A stretch of DNA of 64,000 nucleotides from Schizochytrium sp. TIO01 (GCA_004764695.1 SMSO01000025.1:5186862-5250861); one strand, 5' to 3'. Positions 10,275 through 23,347 are shown, numbered from the stretch's first letter. Numbers and translations are program-made. Notes: generated by a model from the sequence alone, not told the origin.

Positions 10275-13109
10275 TCAATTTTCCGACTCGGCCAAAACAG
10301 TTTCGGTTTCGCGGAAACGTTCTTCAATCACCTTAATAAAATCATCAATCCCTTCTGAATCATGCGAAGAACTCACTCCAACAGGTGGCACGCTTGTCAT
10401 GTGAGAACGCTGCATTAACATTGCATTGGAAGTAGAACTTGCATTGTTGGTTGCATGCTGATTCTCACCTCCACGGTTCTCCCGCGATCTTGATGAATTT
10501 AAGAGCCCACGATTCAGATGGTTAGAGCGATTACTTGCTGACGACGGGAGCGACGTAGAAGAGGCCCGTATAGAGTTGTTGTTTGTTGAAGAGCGCCCAA
10601 CACCACGCATCGCAGATGCTGAAGAAATGGTTAGCAAGCCATCATACTCGAATATCTCGTGCCCATTTTCATGTTGGGAAGTAGAGGATCGTTGTGAGTC
10701 TTGAGCCCGAACCCGAGTCGAAACAGGGCCCGTTGTATTTACTCGTACAGGCTGCGATGATGAAGCGCTTGAAGTGGACGCTCCATTGGATGAGAGGTCT
10801 TCAGATTGCTGCCTAATTCGCATGTCAATGTCAGAAATCCTCTGGTTCATAGACTGCAGAGCACTATTAACTCTTTTCTCCATCGCATCGAATCTCTCTG
10901 GAATTTGGGCCACACTCTCAAACGCCATAGCGATCTTATTCATCTGCATCATCAAGAGGCTAAGATCAGTGTTATTCGTTGACTGATGCGCCGATGGAGT
11001 CGTGGATGAAACAGTGCCAAGACTATATGAAGCAGTACGACTTGCGCTCATCAAACCTGGATCAGGAACAGAGGTAGTAGTGTTCACGGACGATGCTTGC
11101 GTTTTCTCCGGTGAAACTTTCTGATGGCTTAACGACGTAGAGGCTGTCTCATGATCTCCCGCGCACGATGAAGAAATGCGTGAGTCTGAAGCTTGCAAGG
11201 GTGCTGAGGGCGTTGAGGCATCAATACCTGCTGCACCTGAATCTATTGGACCATTTGTTGGCTGCGAGGAAGCAGAGCTTGTACCTCCAGAGGGAAGCTT
11301 CAGCTTGCGAGCAATGTTGCCAGTTGGGCGTTCCTTTGCAGGCGAGAATGGTTTTTGGTTCCAGGATGCAGCTGCAGCCATCACCGCGGCTGCATTTCCC
11401 ATTTGATGGGGGCTTGGTGGGCCCTGACTGCTCGAAGATCGACTTCGGGTTGCAAACGCGGCACCTTTGCTAGCCGAAACAGGGCTGTTTTGACCAGACT
11501 TTGGGCGTGACATCAATCCGGCAGCTGCTGCAACAGATCCAGTAACATTTCTTTTGGACGTACCTGGGAGACTTCCCATACTGTTCGTTCGATGCATGCT
11601 TGATGGTGAAGAACCCCTGCTGCCGTGGATTCGAGGCGAAGTATGGGGCTTGTTGAGGTGAGCAGCCATGGACTCTTTACGTTTTGCACGATCAATGAGC
11701 TGTGGAGGCGAGGTTACCCAGCATTCCATAGCACGGGATGTGTTGTGCACGTTAATAAATGGTGGGTTGCTAGGGGATGGTGCAGGGCCGCCATTCTCAG
11801 ATCCTGTATCTGATGCATCTTGAGCAGTGGTGGGCACAACTGAGCTTGAAAAGCTCGACGCATTAGTCAGAGGAACCTGTGCAGATGCCCAGCTCTGCTG
11901 TTGATGATGCAGGTTTCCGATCATGTCCGGCTTAGCTCGGATTGGAACCTGGCGAAACACAGCTGGAGCGGAGGCTGCTGAGGTAATTGAAACAGGAGAA
12001 ACTGGGCCTGAGGAAGAAGGACTTTTAAGGTCTTCCAAGCCTTGCTGATGAGCTCCATTTTCATGAGCTCCATTCCCGTTGGTCAGGTAAGGCTGCACCG
12101 AGGAAGACACAGACGAAGACGAAGACGAAGATGACGATGACGCCTCGCTGCCTGTCTGCAGAGTTAAAGAGCGCTTGGAACGCCACGAGCCCCCGCTCGT
12201 AGCATCCTTGGCTGCTTGACCTAGATGCGATGCATCTGGTACATAGGATTGCTGGTGCATCTGCGCCATTTGGTGATGAAAGGGAGCGGTTTGGTGCGTC
12301 CGCCCTACGACTGAAGCGCTATTTACCATAGTGTCATTGTACGATGAGGCCGCGGGAAGCGTGCCGTTTTGTTTGGATAAAACTTCCCCATTTCCTGTTG
12401 TATCGTGACTTGGTTGGGCGTGCCCCGAACTGGACTGGGCAACACCAAATTTGTGAGTCTTGGCATTGCCATTTAGGTTACTGCTTCGAATATGCTGCCT
12501 TTGCTGTGCAGTCGAAGCGATACGAGCTGATTGGCCAAGACCTCTATGGCGACGCGCCTCTGTTGATGTTTCAAACCTGTGATTTTCAACAGAGCTACTG
12601 GGAGTTTCTTGAACATTCATCTGAAACATTCCTGTGGGAGAAGGCTTTTCCGGAATCGTTGGCGTGGACTCAAGAGACGGATCTTGGAGCGGACGTGTTT
12701 TCCCTGAAGCTTTTTGCAATCTTGCGAGCTCTTCTGCTTTGCGACGGCATAGCTTTATCACATCGCATACAAAGATAATTTTGCGCTCTGCAAAGCCACT
12801 TGACAAGAATTGATCAAGTGTGAGCGAAGGCTTATAGCTAAATTCATTGCGGACTACGCGAAAAACACCTTCAAGAAAAGGCCTATCGCTGATGTGGTAT
12901 AGCTGGTACCCTTGTTCCGATAGGAATCTCGCGATAAGCAACGAGTTATCCAGAAGTACTTTATGGAGCAATGGTAGAAACCCAATAGGCTCCCCTCGTG
13001 CAATCGCCTCCAGCTCAATCTCCTCCTCCTTTACGCACGTGTTGCGGAGTTCAGAACGCAACTTTTCGAGGTTATTGCGAAGGTCGCCCGTCGCTGCAAC
13101 AGAAGTCAT
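10275..13109 (-). CDS. CEP44: Centrosomal protein CEP44 homolog with a long S/T-rich disordered tail
   Basis: N-terminal TGDLRNNLEKL...GEP...SDRPFLEGVFRVVRNEFSYKPSLTLDQFLSSGFAERKIIFVCD matches the CEP44 domain pattern; 944 aa single ORF. Confidence 0.88.
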   Translation of the reverse strand: MTSVAATGDLRNNLEKLRSELRNTCVKEEEIELEAIARGEPIGFLPLLHKVLLDNSLLIARFLSEQGYQLYHISDRPFLEGVFRVVRNEFSYKPSLTLDQFLSSGFAERKIIFVCDVIKLCRRKAEELARLQKASGKTRPLQDPSLESTPTIPEKPSPTGMFQMNVQETPSSSVENHRFETSTEARRHRGLGQSARIASTAQQRQHIRSSNLNGNAKTHKFGVAQSSSGHAQPSHDTTGNGEVLSKQNGTLPAASSYNDTMVNSASVVGRTHQTAPFHHQMAQMHQQSYVPDASHLGQAAKDATSGGSWRSKRSLTLQTGSEASSSSSSSSSSVSSSVQPYLTNGNGAHENGAHQQGLEDLKSPSSSGPVSPVSITSAASAPAVFRQVPIRAKPDMIGNLHHQQQSWASAQVPLTNASSFSSSVVPTTAQDASDTGSENGGPAPSPSNPPFINVHNTSRAMECWVTSPPQLIDRAKRKESMAAHLNKPHTSPRIHGSRGSSPSSMHRTNSMGSLPGTSKRNVTGSVAAAAGLMSRPKSGQNSPVSASKGAAFATRSRSSSSQGPPSPHQMGNAAAVMAAAASWNQKPFSPAKERPTGNIARKLKLPSGGTSSASSQPTNGPIDSGAAGIDASTPSAPLQASDSRISSSCAGDHETASTSLSHQKVSPEKTQASSVNTTTSVPDPGLMSASRTASYSLGTVSSTTPSAHQSTNNTDLSLLMMQMNKIAMAFESVAQIPERFDAMEKRVNSALQSMNQRISDIDMRIRQQSEDLSSNGASTSSASSSQPVRVNTTGPVSTRVRAQDSQRSSTSQHENGHEIFEYDGLLTISSASAMRGVGRSSTNNNSIRASSTSLPSSASNRSNHLNRGLLNSSRSRENRGGENQHATNNASSTSNAMLMQRSHMTSVPPVGVSSSHDSEGIDDFIKVIEERFRETETVLAESEN

Positions 13110-15015
13110 TTTCTCGGACCCTTTGTACGATATACCTAGACTTGTAAATAGATTTAAATACGCACTTCAGCTCTTCTCCTCAACTCTGACGCAAGTAAAA
13201 CCAGGAATTTAATGGTTCCAAGCCAAATGGATAGAAGAGTTGTAGCTAGTACACAATCAAAAGAAGGTTTCACGAGTCCAGATACGCCTCTCTTTCCTCG
13301 TAGTACCCTCGAAAGCCCTGTGTCCTGGGCTTGAGTTTGAGGTTTATCTTGACAAGAGTAGCCTCCAGAGAACCGCTTTATCCAGCAAATGATACGCCCG
13401 AGACTCAGAGAAGTTTAGTTTGTGGCGTGGCTAGCTTGATTCCCCGAGTTCTTCTTGCTTTGACCTCGCTTGGCCTGTATGTCCTTCGCTGTCGACTGCG
13501 GAAATCCGCGGAAAGAAGTTGGCAGTGCGGGATTTCGATCGATTGACGACTTCTTCTGCTAATGCTTTTTCGAAGGTTTATCTTCAGATTCCGATCGTAG
13601 CCTATGCGGGCGCTCCCGAGGCCCGCGAAGGCGGCGGGGAAACCTCGGCGCGCCACCGCCGCCGCCGCCAAAGAGGTTTGTGGCTGCTTCCGGTGATGCC
13701 AGAAGTCCCAATGAATGTTTGATTTTTATATACTTTTTTTGTCTAAAAGAAAGGGACTTAATATGAGAAAAAAGTATCAATTTTGGTTTAACTTTTTTAA
13801 CTTAAAATGTTTTTAACAATAAGATCATGTGGAAGATAATGTTTGAGCCTTATCACGAATTCTGTACTGCACATACAATCAGATTAATGCATAATATGAG
13901 CTGGAAATAAGAATGAAGGAAAGCGAAACCCTTCATACAGTCTGTACAGGACACGGAGTGGGATAACCTCCTGCAAAAAGGCGCTTTAAAAATTGAAGCT
14001 ATCTCCTTCGATTACATTCTTTAGAGACTTTAGAGACTTTAGTTCAAGGGGTTATGCTGTTTAACCAACGCATAACACTTGAGATTGTGAGTTTCACCGA
14101 AGTTCTGCTGGGCAATCTTGTATTTCGATATATAATGGGTCTGCTGTCGCGGAGAACGCAAAATTAGAGTTTAAAAAGATAATTGTCTTTGACTTTGGCA
14201 ATGCAAACCTATTGCATAGGTAACTCTAGATTCCAATAGACGTGATTTTTAGCCTGTAATATATCTTAACCATTAGACAAACTTTGTAGATTTCGTAGCA
14301 CCCTAATCGCGCTGTTCCAGTGTAAAGAAGTAACACTTACAGCCGCTGGAGAGATCGGTTCCTCTACATGATTTATGGAGGACCTATGCAAGGAAATATG
14401 ATGGCTTGTCTTTTTTTCATCAAACTAAAGAAGCAGCCTGCCTTCATCTCCACCTGGGACGATTGTTAAGTGATTGCTTAGTTGATTAACAGTAAAAAAG
14501 TCGAGGTTAGATGTAGATCCTTAACCGCATTGAGTCTAAGTGGTCTAGCTGAACTTGGGGTTCGCTTAATTTTCACTCGAATCGAGATTGCTTGATGGTG
14601 GGAATAAATTAAGTGGTAACGAGACAGAAATTATGGCAACTAGATATTTGAGCCCATGGCCTGGGCTATTAAAGCAATTTTCTTCGTACACCACCACAAA
14701 GAACAGCCTCTTCGAAGAGATGCTTATGGGGAAATAGAATATTAACAAGTTCATCTTTGCATACCCAATAGATTTTTTTCAAGCAGAATGTTGGATGAAG
14801 ACAATATTGAAATAAGTACTGTTGTTGCTGATAAAGCTACTTGTAGTACTGATTGCTCTTACAATGCCAAAATAGAAGAAAGCATTTACTAAGAATTCTC
14901 AGCCTGACAAATGTCATCGTCACGTCAGCGAATCCTCTGTAACTTGTTTGTGTTTAGAGTTTTAATGAAAACATGGTATTCTTAAAAAAAATAGGAAGAA
15001 AAAGTCAATACTGAA

Positions 15016-16580
15016 TTACTTAGGGGAGAGAAGTCTGGTTGCAGCTGCGGAGATTTCCTCATCAGTCTTGCAGTAAGCAAGGCGGATCACATTATCAGAG
15101 AGCTCACGGTTACCCTCGGAGTAGAATCCAGAAATGGGAATACCTGTAATACCAAGGTTTTTGGTGAGCCACTCGTTAACGCGGACATCGCGAGCAATGC
15201 CATCCTCAGATTCGAGAGGAACCTGCTCCAAAAGCCCAGAGGTATCAGCAAGCACAAAGTAGCCACCCTGGGGGGTGATGGGCTTCATACCAGCAGCAGC
15301 GAGCGCAGAGCAGAGGGAGTCACGCTTGCCCTGCAAGGTAGTCTTAATGGAATCAAAGTAACCGTTCTCATTGGCAGCAACAAAGGAGCGAGCAGCGGCC
15401 ACCTGAAGGGGAGTAGGGGCACAAAATGCAATAATGCTCTGGGTCTCGTGAAGAGGGGCGATAAGGTGTGCAGGGCCAATGCAGTATCCAACACGCCAGC
15501 CTGTGCAGGAGAAGGTCTTGCCGACCGATGAGAGAGAAATCGTACGGTCGTACATGCCATCAATAAGGGCAAAGCGCTCGTGCGGAAGGCCATCAAAGGT
15601 CATGAACTCGTAGACCTCATCGGAGAGAACAACAAGCTGCGGGTGCTTCTTGACAACCTCTGCAATCTCTTCAAGCTCAGCGCGTGAGAAAACCTTGCCA
15701 GTAGGGTTGTGTGGTGTGTTAAGAACGAGCACCTTGGTGTCTGCAGTGATAGCCTTGTCAAGTTCGTGGACATCAAGCTTGAAGTCAGCGGAGGTTTTTG
15801 CACCAGGGATAGGGCGGAGAGGCACACCCTTGGTTTCCACGCCGAGCAGGTCGGCAGCCTTCTTGTAAGCGTCAAAGTAAGGCTCAATGCAAAGAACGCT
15901 ATCGCCCTCATTGCAAAAGCTCACTAGGATGTTGTAAATACCCTCCTGGGCACCACTGCAAACAGCAATTTCGGTCATCGGGTTAGGGGTGCGTCCCAAA
16001 ATCGGCTCATAGACCTTACTGAGAGTCTCGACAAGTTCAATATTACCAGCAGGTCGTGTGTACTGGTTGTGGTTAGTCGCGATTGCATCTGCAGCACAGT
16101 TCTTCACGAAATCCGGGGTTGGGAAGGACGGGAACTGTGTTCACAAGATATCACCATTGCCATATATTCATCGTAAAGAGCGCAACGCGTCAGCAGGGTC
16201 CATGCAGGTGGATAATTGCACGAAGAAAGCATTCAATCGAGCTCTGTTAGTCGCTAAGTCCTTTCCTTTGAACAAAAGGTCTCTGCTTAAACTTCTTTGA
16301 AAGATATTTCGCTTTTCAAGCCTTCTGAGTCTGCAGGGACCCTTGTAATAGGCATCACTCTTGCATAGCTACCGTTCTACAAAGTATGCTACTGACGTTA
16401 ACTTACACCTTGGCCAAGGTTGACGCTGCCGTGCTCGATGGCCATGGCAGTGGCAGCCGCGAAGACGTTGCCTCCTCCCTGCATGCGGCGCTCAAGGCGA
16501 CGCGCGAGTGTGGTGAGTCCACGTGAAGATTTCATCTTTTCCAAATCGTCACCTGTTGTCTGGGCTTGCGGTTCGCTCAT
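15016..16580 (-). CDS. PLP-dependent class I/II aminotransferase (kynurenine/methionine aminotransferase, KAT/YbdL-like); 2 exons: 16580-16407, 16134-15016
   Basis: VNLGQG|FPSF joined across a GTAAGT...ACAG intron (16406-16135). Motifs NQYT, LNTPHNPTGKV, LSDEVYE and SVGKTFSCTGWRVGY (PLP lysine). Confidence 0.95.
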
Positions 16581-17279
16581 CAGAAAGTCTTCTGCTAAGG
16601 ATTCCGGGCAATCTATGCACGACCTCTTTGTGTGTCGGAATGCGATTCAATCACATTAAAATAAAATCCAATCTCAACAAATCCAATCAAAGCAAACCAA
16701 ATTAGACGCAGCATTTTTATCAAAAATTCAAGCGATCGACCGTGGTAAATAAATAGATATGAGTAGATTCCCGCGCGTTACTCGAGCAAGGTTCTCCATG
16801 GAGACCGAGCAGGTAATATCAGTCAGTGAGCTGATTGTGATCTCCACGTTGTTTATTCATTCAAAGATTGATCGTCAATGCCTCACTGCATTATCTCTTT
16901 CACTCACTCACCCCGGATTCGACGACACTAGGACCTTGATAACAGAAACTATAGTCGGATGACCTGCAGAAGAAGATCGGCGTGGACCTGCAGTTTGCAG
17001 TTTGCTTTCGCTCTTCACTGCAGCTACTTGTGTCGCTCGTTTGCTCGCCTGCTCTATTTGCCTGTCTTCCTGATCCTTCCGAGGGTGTGGTGACGTCGAG
17101 GTCGTGGGTGAAAGTATGCTTCCTGGCTATTTCCTGCGAACAGTTTCACGAATTTGCATTTTTGTGTCGAGTTTAAGGGAACTTCTCGTGCTACTAAGAG
17201 TGCTGTCCATATATAACCCATCAGCATTTGCTAGGAGATAGGACTAAGTGGTCTTACCTGAACCGGGCGCACACCTAGT

Positions 17280-18106
17280 CTTGCTAATAATAAGGTACTA
17301 GTGGTTTGGCAATAGCACAAGAATTGCTCGAAACCGGCATCTACAATTAATTTGCGAGCCTATGAGCGTGGTGCGGTGCGTGAGAAGCACACAGCTTTCA
17401 TAAACTAACTTGGGTCTGCAGCCAAAGGTTCCTTGACCAAGCAAGTTTCACCTCGGCACTACGACTTTCTGACTCTGATGAAGAAGAATTGTCGCCATGA
17501 AACATGAGCCCAAGTGGTGAGATTTTCACGCACCAACGTCACATTAGGCACCTTCCTGCAACGCGGTGAGCTGAGCTGCCTAGGCGCCAGGTGCTTGTAG
17601 TCATGCTGCACAGACGCAGCTCAATCCTTGGCTAAAGAGAGGATATACCGAAGGTTTACTTGTCTGGTGTAGCATGAGCCAGTGCAGGATCGCAATGTGG
17701 TCTCCCACTTGGTAAGGAGTCCAAGAGTGGAAAGGATATGTATTTGCTCATGCCCTTCCTGCAGCAACCCTTAGGTACTTAGTTTCTAGAGTGAGGGTGC
17801 CTAGCTCACTAAGTAGAATATATGTGGCACGTCACTATTGCATCAAAAAGCTGCGGTGAGATGAACATAAAGGTAGCCTTCGAAATACAAGAGACTTTTG
17901 CCCAAACCCGCTGAGCAGGGGATATGAGCGGTTGGCCAAGGCCGCAGGTGGAACATCTTATGTGCAATGTGGTAAGCAATGAATGCTGCTTCCTCAAGTC
18001 CGTAGTTATTTGCAAAAGCTCTATAGCTAGAGAAAGCATGGAGGGCTTGAACGTCGAAAAGGCAAATCCTTCTTTGCTTTATAGTAGAAATCGAGGTTAG
18101 TCTCAT
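17280..18106 (-). pseudogene. Probable decayed coding relic of uncertain identity (ankyrin-like repeats or RLE retroelement remnant)
   Basis: Island of higher GC with stop-interrupted frames giving QEGHEQI and GDHIAILHWL (ankyrin-like) or RSCTGSCYTRQVNLRYILSLAK...RKVPNV...WAHVS (RLE-like). Confidence 0.25.
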
Positions 18107-18860
18107 GGTACGATTCCTCGAAAATATCAGACATATGTATATATATATATCTTACAAACTGGCGTTCGTGTAAAAAGCAACAAAACTCGAACCTTATGCA
18201 CATGAGCAGAATAGGCCCTTTTTGTATAGAAATAAAAAGGGAGCTGATCCTTAAAATGTAAATTTAGTTGCCTTTTGATCCAATAACCCTTCCTATGTAC
18301 CCGTCACCCTGATAATCAACACCGTTCTTATTTATTAATGACAACTACGAAGGCAGTTTGATCGTACTTCCTCAATGACACTGCGCCCACAGGGTCTCTT
18401 TGTTTGATGCATATGCACTCAAATGACAATTGACCTAGTAGGTAGGTAGGTGCTTAGGTAGGTATAGCTACAATCACAATGGGCAAATCCTGTTACACAC
18501 CTCCTGGGCGTCTTTGTGGTTGATTGTGCCCAAGACGATCATTAACCCTTGGCCAGTTCGCGACCAACATCAATCCTCAGAAGACTCGCGGCCTGCCGCT
18601 ACTGTCCATCTTCGAACTCGCGCCTAAAATCAGCCAATCTTCGCTCTTATACCGCCTTTCTAAACATAGCTAGCTAGCACCACCTGTCTTGGTCCACCAT
18701 GACCGTTCGCACAATACCTCGTTCTCGGCTATCTCCAATACGCCGCGAGAAGACCAAGTGCACGGAGCTAGTTACTAAGCTCCTCCGCATTCCCATGCCT
18801 CACCGTTGTCAACCCAACCAACGCAGAGTCGGTCCCTCTCGTGCAGCCACAGCAGCGCCA

Positions 18861-18982
18861 TCGTTCATTCGTTCATTCAATCATTTATTCAATTATTCAA
18901 TTATTCAATTATTCATTCAATTATTCATTCAATTATTCATTTATTCATTTATTCATTCATTCATTCATTCATTCATTCATTC
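18861..18982. repeat. Imperfect (TTCA)n/(TTAT) microsatellite
   Basis: Seen directly. Confidence 0.95.
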
Positions 18983-19156
18983 AAAATCAGAGCCAACTTG
19001 AGCCAACCAACCGTCGGATCCATCTTTCGATGATTGCACATTCACGTTGACGCAATCCCCCTGCGTAGAGCTTCTTCTCCTTCCTGCCTGTGCCGCTCCT
19101 CCTTCGCGGCCTTGGCCTCCCGCCTCCTCTCGCCCTGTCCGTCCTGTCTCCGCAGC

Positions 19157-19232
19157 CTTCGCTTCGCATCGCTTCGCATCGCTTCGCTTCGCTTCGCTTC
19201 GCATCGCTTCGCTTCGCTTCGCATCGCGTCGC
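19157..19232. repeat. Pentanucleotide (TTCGC/ATCGC)n repeat
   Basis: Seen directly. Confidence 0.95.
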
Positions 19233-19942
19233 TCGCTGAGTCCAAGCCCTCTCTCTCTCCAATCGCCCTCCGTGACTCAACGATTCCCATTCCTAAATCC
19301 GCTCATCATCAGCGCAGACTTTTCTTCTCTCTCTCTCTCTCTCTCTCTCCTTTCCTCCCTTCACAACGGGACGCCTAGCACCTCCTACTCCTTTCCTACC
19401 GCTTACTCGGCGACGTCGTTGCCTGCCTCAATGAAGGCGCCATCCGGTCCAGCTACGCCCTCCTAACCCAAACCTTAGGACCGCGGCCTCCCTCGGGCGC
19501 AGTTAGCGTACTAATGCACAGACTTGGGGACTGCTACTCAGGCGTAGCGGACTGGTAGAGTACGGGGGTGTGCGAAGAGGAAGAAAGGCGGCCAAGGATA
19601 CGCTTTGAGGATACGGATTGGGAGGAATTGAGGCCGAACGAAGCGCGAGAAACTCGCGTGCGTGCTTCCGTGCGTTGCATGCCTCGCTCCGCCGGCGAGG
19701 AGCTTCGACAAGCCCTCGATGCCAGCCGGCTTCTGCGGTTCCTTCGTGCGTGTACCTGCGCAGGCAAGCATCTCGTGCGATCGATCAAGGTCCATCAGCG
19801 CTTTCCTCGCGAGCCGACAACTTCGGAGGGTGAGCCGAGCTCGCACTCGTAGCGTTATCCGTAGCAGGCCCTACCGGCCGCCAAGTGGGTAGGTACGGTA
19901 CTACTTACTACGTAGCACTAGTACGTGTGAAACTCATTCATT

Positions 19943-20044
19943 GAAGAAAGAAGAAAGAAGAAAGAAGAAAGAAAAGAAAGCGAAGTAAAGCGAAGCAGTG
20001 AAGTGAAGTGCAGTGCAGTGAAGTGAAGTGAAGTGAAGTGAAGT
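19943..20044. repeat. (GAA/GAAA)n followed by (GAAGT/GCAGT)n repeat
   Basis: Seen directly. Confidence 0.9.
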
Positions 20045-20118
20045 TGTGCGAATTCTCATTCGCCTAACTAACACTTCCGTACCTCCCTGTCCCTCCTACG
20101 TAGGTATCCGAAGTGCCG

Positions 20119-20244
<126 letters not shown>

Positions 20245-20843
20245 ATTTCAGCCAACACCGCATACCGTATCCTCTAGCCAGGAGGTGAAATGAGCGGTAT
20301 CTTATGATCCTCACTGCTCTCTTTCTTCCTTCCTTCTTTTCTTTCTTTCTTTCTTTCTTTCATTCCTTCTCCATTCCTCTTCTCCAACGTTAACAAAGCC
20401 ATCATCGTCGCTTCGTCAGAGCTGCTATCACCAACAAATCATTCTCATCGTCAACTAAAGTAAACTACAAAATCTTCTTCCACTGGTACCCACCCGCCTA
20501 GAAGTCCCTACCCGCTCTTAGCCATCCATGCTTCAATGCCAATTGACTAACTAACGCACACAATAGCACTCAGTGCGCAAAAGCGCACAAGTAGGTAGCT
20601 AGGCGGTAGGGCTCTGCTACCGTAAACCCTACCCAGGGAAACGCCAACCCTGAGGTCTGTAATGCGCTGGTTCTGTCGCCTCGTGCTGCTGTGGTGCACT
20701 TCGCGGCTCCCGCGACCGCGAGGAAAAGCTCCGCCGCCGAGGCCTCCGGCGAGGCAGCCCTGGCCGATGCCGGGCCTCGCACGGGCCTCCTTTCCCTCCT
20801 TCGCGGCGTTGGCCTTCTTGGCCTTCTTGGAGTTTCGTGGTTG

Positions 20844-20895
20844 GTTTGTTTGTTTGTTTGTTTGTTTGTTTGTTTGTTTGTTTGTTTGTTTGTTT
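20844..20895. repeat. (GTTT)n microsatellite
   Basis: Seen directly. Confidence 0.97.
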
Positions 20896-21648
20896 GGCAG
20901 TCTGTGCATACATCGTTTCGCTCTTCTTTGAGAGCACATTTCCTGGCACCGCGGACTCCCAAGGTGCCCCCCTCTCGCCATCTCTTCTTGCCCCCCTCGC
21001 CGAGCCCGCGTTTTGCTGCCGATTATGCAGCAAAACCATGCTGACGCGGCGCCTCACTCCTCCCACCGGACAGCGTGTACGTGCTGAGTGAAGGAAGAAG
21101 AGGATAATACGGGGTCCGGTGCGAGCGCACGACGCCACATTGATGACGGAGATGCTGGCGCAATCTCTTTGACAATGGGGTAATCCGGGGAACAGATGTG
21201 CTATGGTATCCAGTAGGAAGAGGGTAGAGTTGGAAGCTTGTTGTGGGAAGGCACGGGGACAGCGGCTATGGGTGGTTAGGAGTAATTGGTAATGGTGGGT
21301 ACTGTTCGTGGGAATAGGCGGTTCTTACGGGTAATGGGTAGAAGAAGGAGCGGCTCTGAAATTCCAATTGAGAGAGAGAGAACAGAGCTTTGGAGGTCTT
21401 CGGCAAATCCGCAACGAAGAGGCCTTAACGACGTCCTGTGGTTCTTGGAGGCACCGCGACGCACTCAAGATACCGACAAGTCTGCAGACGAAGACTCCCG
21501 TCTCCGCAGATTGATCAACGAGCGTCGATAATCTTTAGCTTCAGCAAGGAAGGACTCCTGGCTGTGTGCAAAGCCAACGAATTCGCGGCTCCCGTTCACA
21601 ACTTGAATTAAGACCTCTTTTCACGTAAACCCTTTTAGAAAAGCCATC

Positions 21649-22245
21649 ATGCTCGGTGCGGCCAAGACTCTCGCCATGCGTGGCAGCAACTTCGCGGCAG
21701 CCAAGACCGTCTTCGCTCGGGGTATGTCCTCGGCAGCTATGGGCCCTGGCACCGGCGTCGCCGCTGCTGCCTTTGCACCCGCTGACGAACTCCGTATGCT
21801 TCAGGCCAACGCTGTGGATGCGCTCTGTGCCATCGGCGAGCGTGCCCTCGAGGCTTCGGGTGGTGTTTCTTACGTCCAGGGACCCCAGGGCAGTGGTCTT
21901 GCGTGCGAGGTTGTACTCGAGCGCGATATCATTGAAGACCTCATGGGATCCTCCCTCGAGGACGTGCTCGACTCTGGCCGTGGCAGACTTCACCTCTCCC
22001 ACTGCTGTTTCTTGCGTCAGACTGGCCCTGACCAGCTCGCTGTGGCAGTCCAGATCAACTCCCGCACCAACACATCTCGCGCCACTCAGGTTCTTACCGC
22101 AGAGCTTGGCCTCATGTCTCTCCTCGCCAAGTACAAGGCCCCTCCCCAGCCTGCTCAGCCCACTACCCCTGTAGAAACATACCACTCACGCGTAATTGTC
22201 AACGAAGCTGACCCGTACGAGTGCCCCCGTTTCCCGGTGCCTTAA
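21649..22245 (+). CDS. Hypothetical 198 aa protein with a probable mitochondrial presequence
   Basis: Good ATG context (gccatcATG) and strong C/T-ending codon bias. The N-terminus is Ala/Arg/Lys-rich with no acidic residues and ends ...FARGMSS. Confidence 0.8.
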   Translation: MLGAAKTLAMRGSNFAAAKTVFARGMSSAAMGPGTGVAAAAFAPADELRMLQANAVDALCAIGERALEASGGVSYVQGPQGSGLACEVVLERDIIEDLMGSSLEDVLDSGRGRLHLSHCCFLRQTGPDQLAVAVQINSRTNTSRATQVLTAELGLMSLLAKYKAPPQPAQPTTPVETYHSRVIVNEADPYECPRFPVP

Positions 22246-22786
22246 GTGTCCTGCTGCAAATCAAACCAAACAAACCACACATATACACACAAAACCTCGA
22301 CACCCATCTATACCTCGAAAATCCTGAATCCCCTGTCTAGTACGCTCTCTCACACATACCATAACATGTACCTTTTTACTACTACTACTGATTATGATAA
22401 AATCAAAAACATCATGTGCTAATCCTTTTGTTCATTTCTACCCTGCTCTTTTCACCAGTCTTGGTTTTGGTTTTGATTCCATCATATAAACGGTCGCATC
22501 TTTCAAAGGTATTTACCACCACTTGAAGGCGGTCACGCTACTACAAAAACGAGAGAACCTTAGGAATCTCTAGGTCAGCCATGGCTAGGGCCTAGTGCCT
22601 CGCGATGGTTTGAATTGAACCCCAAAGAAGAAAATCTCGTTGCGGAGTAAATACAATGGAAAGGTCCACCATTGAAAATCTCGATTTTGACAGTCACGAT
22701 GCCGTCCTGATAACTAACCTCAGGGCTTCCTTATTCGTTGGACGTGCGCCCGTAAACGACAACGATGAGCAGGGAACCTTCATGAA

Positions 22787-23183
22787 TTATATCCGCAAAT
22801 TTTGTAGGCTAGCAGGTGACAGTGACGTTCTGTTGGGTTGGTTGTCACTCTCACAACGTCGGCGCTAATAGCGCGCATGAAGATCGTGCATTTGTACTCT
22901 GTACACACCTAATTCCTGTGCTCAATTAGCTTAATCCTGGTACCCGCAGCAGCAGAATTACCTACCCACATTTGAGAAACAAGTACCGGGACAGTCTGCT
23001 AGTTTACATAGCAAAACATAGTGACTCCTAAGGGAGCTTATCTCCGACTGTGGAAGGGAAAACCTCCACCACCGCAGAAAAGTTCCGCTGGGTGGGGAAA
23101 ATATCCGCATTCCAATAGATAGGGAGTATGTATGAGGGCGAGATCGAGACTGAGACAAATAAACGTGATCAATGCGGAGATTT
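22787..23183. promoter_or_regulatory. Cluster of CGGAKATWW motifs upstream of the SDR gene (candidate Zn2Cys6 binding sites)
   Basis: TTATATCCG 22787-22795, TTATCTCCG 23038-23046, AAATATCCG 23099-23107, CGGAGATTT 23175-23183, plus near-match AAAGTTCCG 23079-23087. Confidence 0.5.
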
Positions 23184-23347
23184 ATCTTTTGGACAGATAG
23201 TTCATACGGTATCGAATGAGTTGCCAAGATCCTCAAAGTTGCCTATGACAGCAAACCCGAATCTCAACAACCGCCAACTCGATCATTAAATCAAGCAACG
23301 AGCGAGCACAACTTTGACTTTGCTTTGAAGGCAGGCAGCACAGAACC

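Noticed and set aside
13405-13671. 88 aa ORF with a ribosomal S21-like RTYRPSEVKARR word
   Set aside because: Starts at TTG with no ATG or supporting exon; better explained as the GC-rich CEP44 promoter/leader.
19539-19610. tRNA-like start (ggcgtagcggactggtagag)
   Set aside because: No T-arm GTTC motif or acceptor stem.
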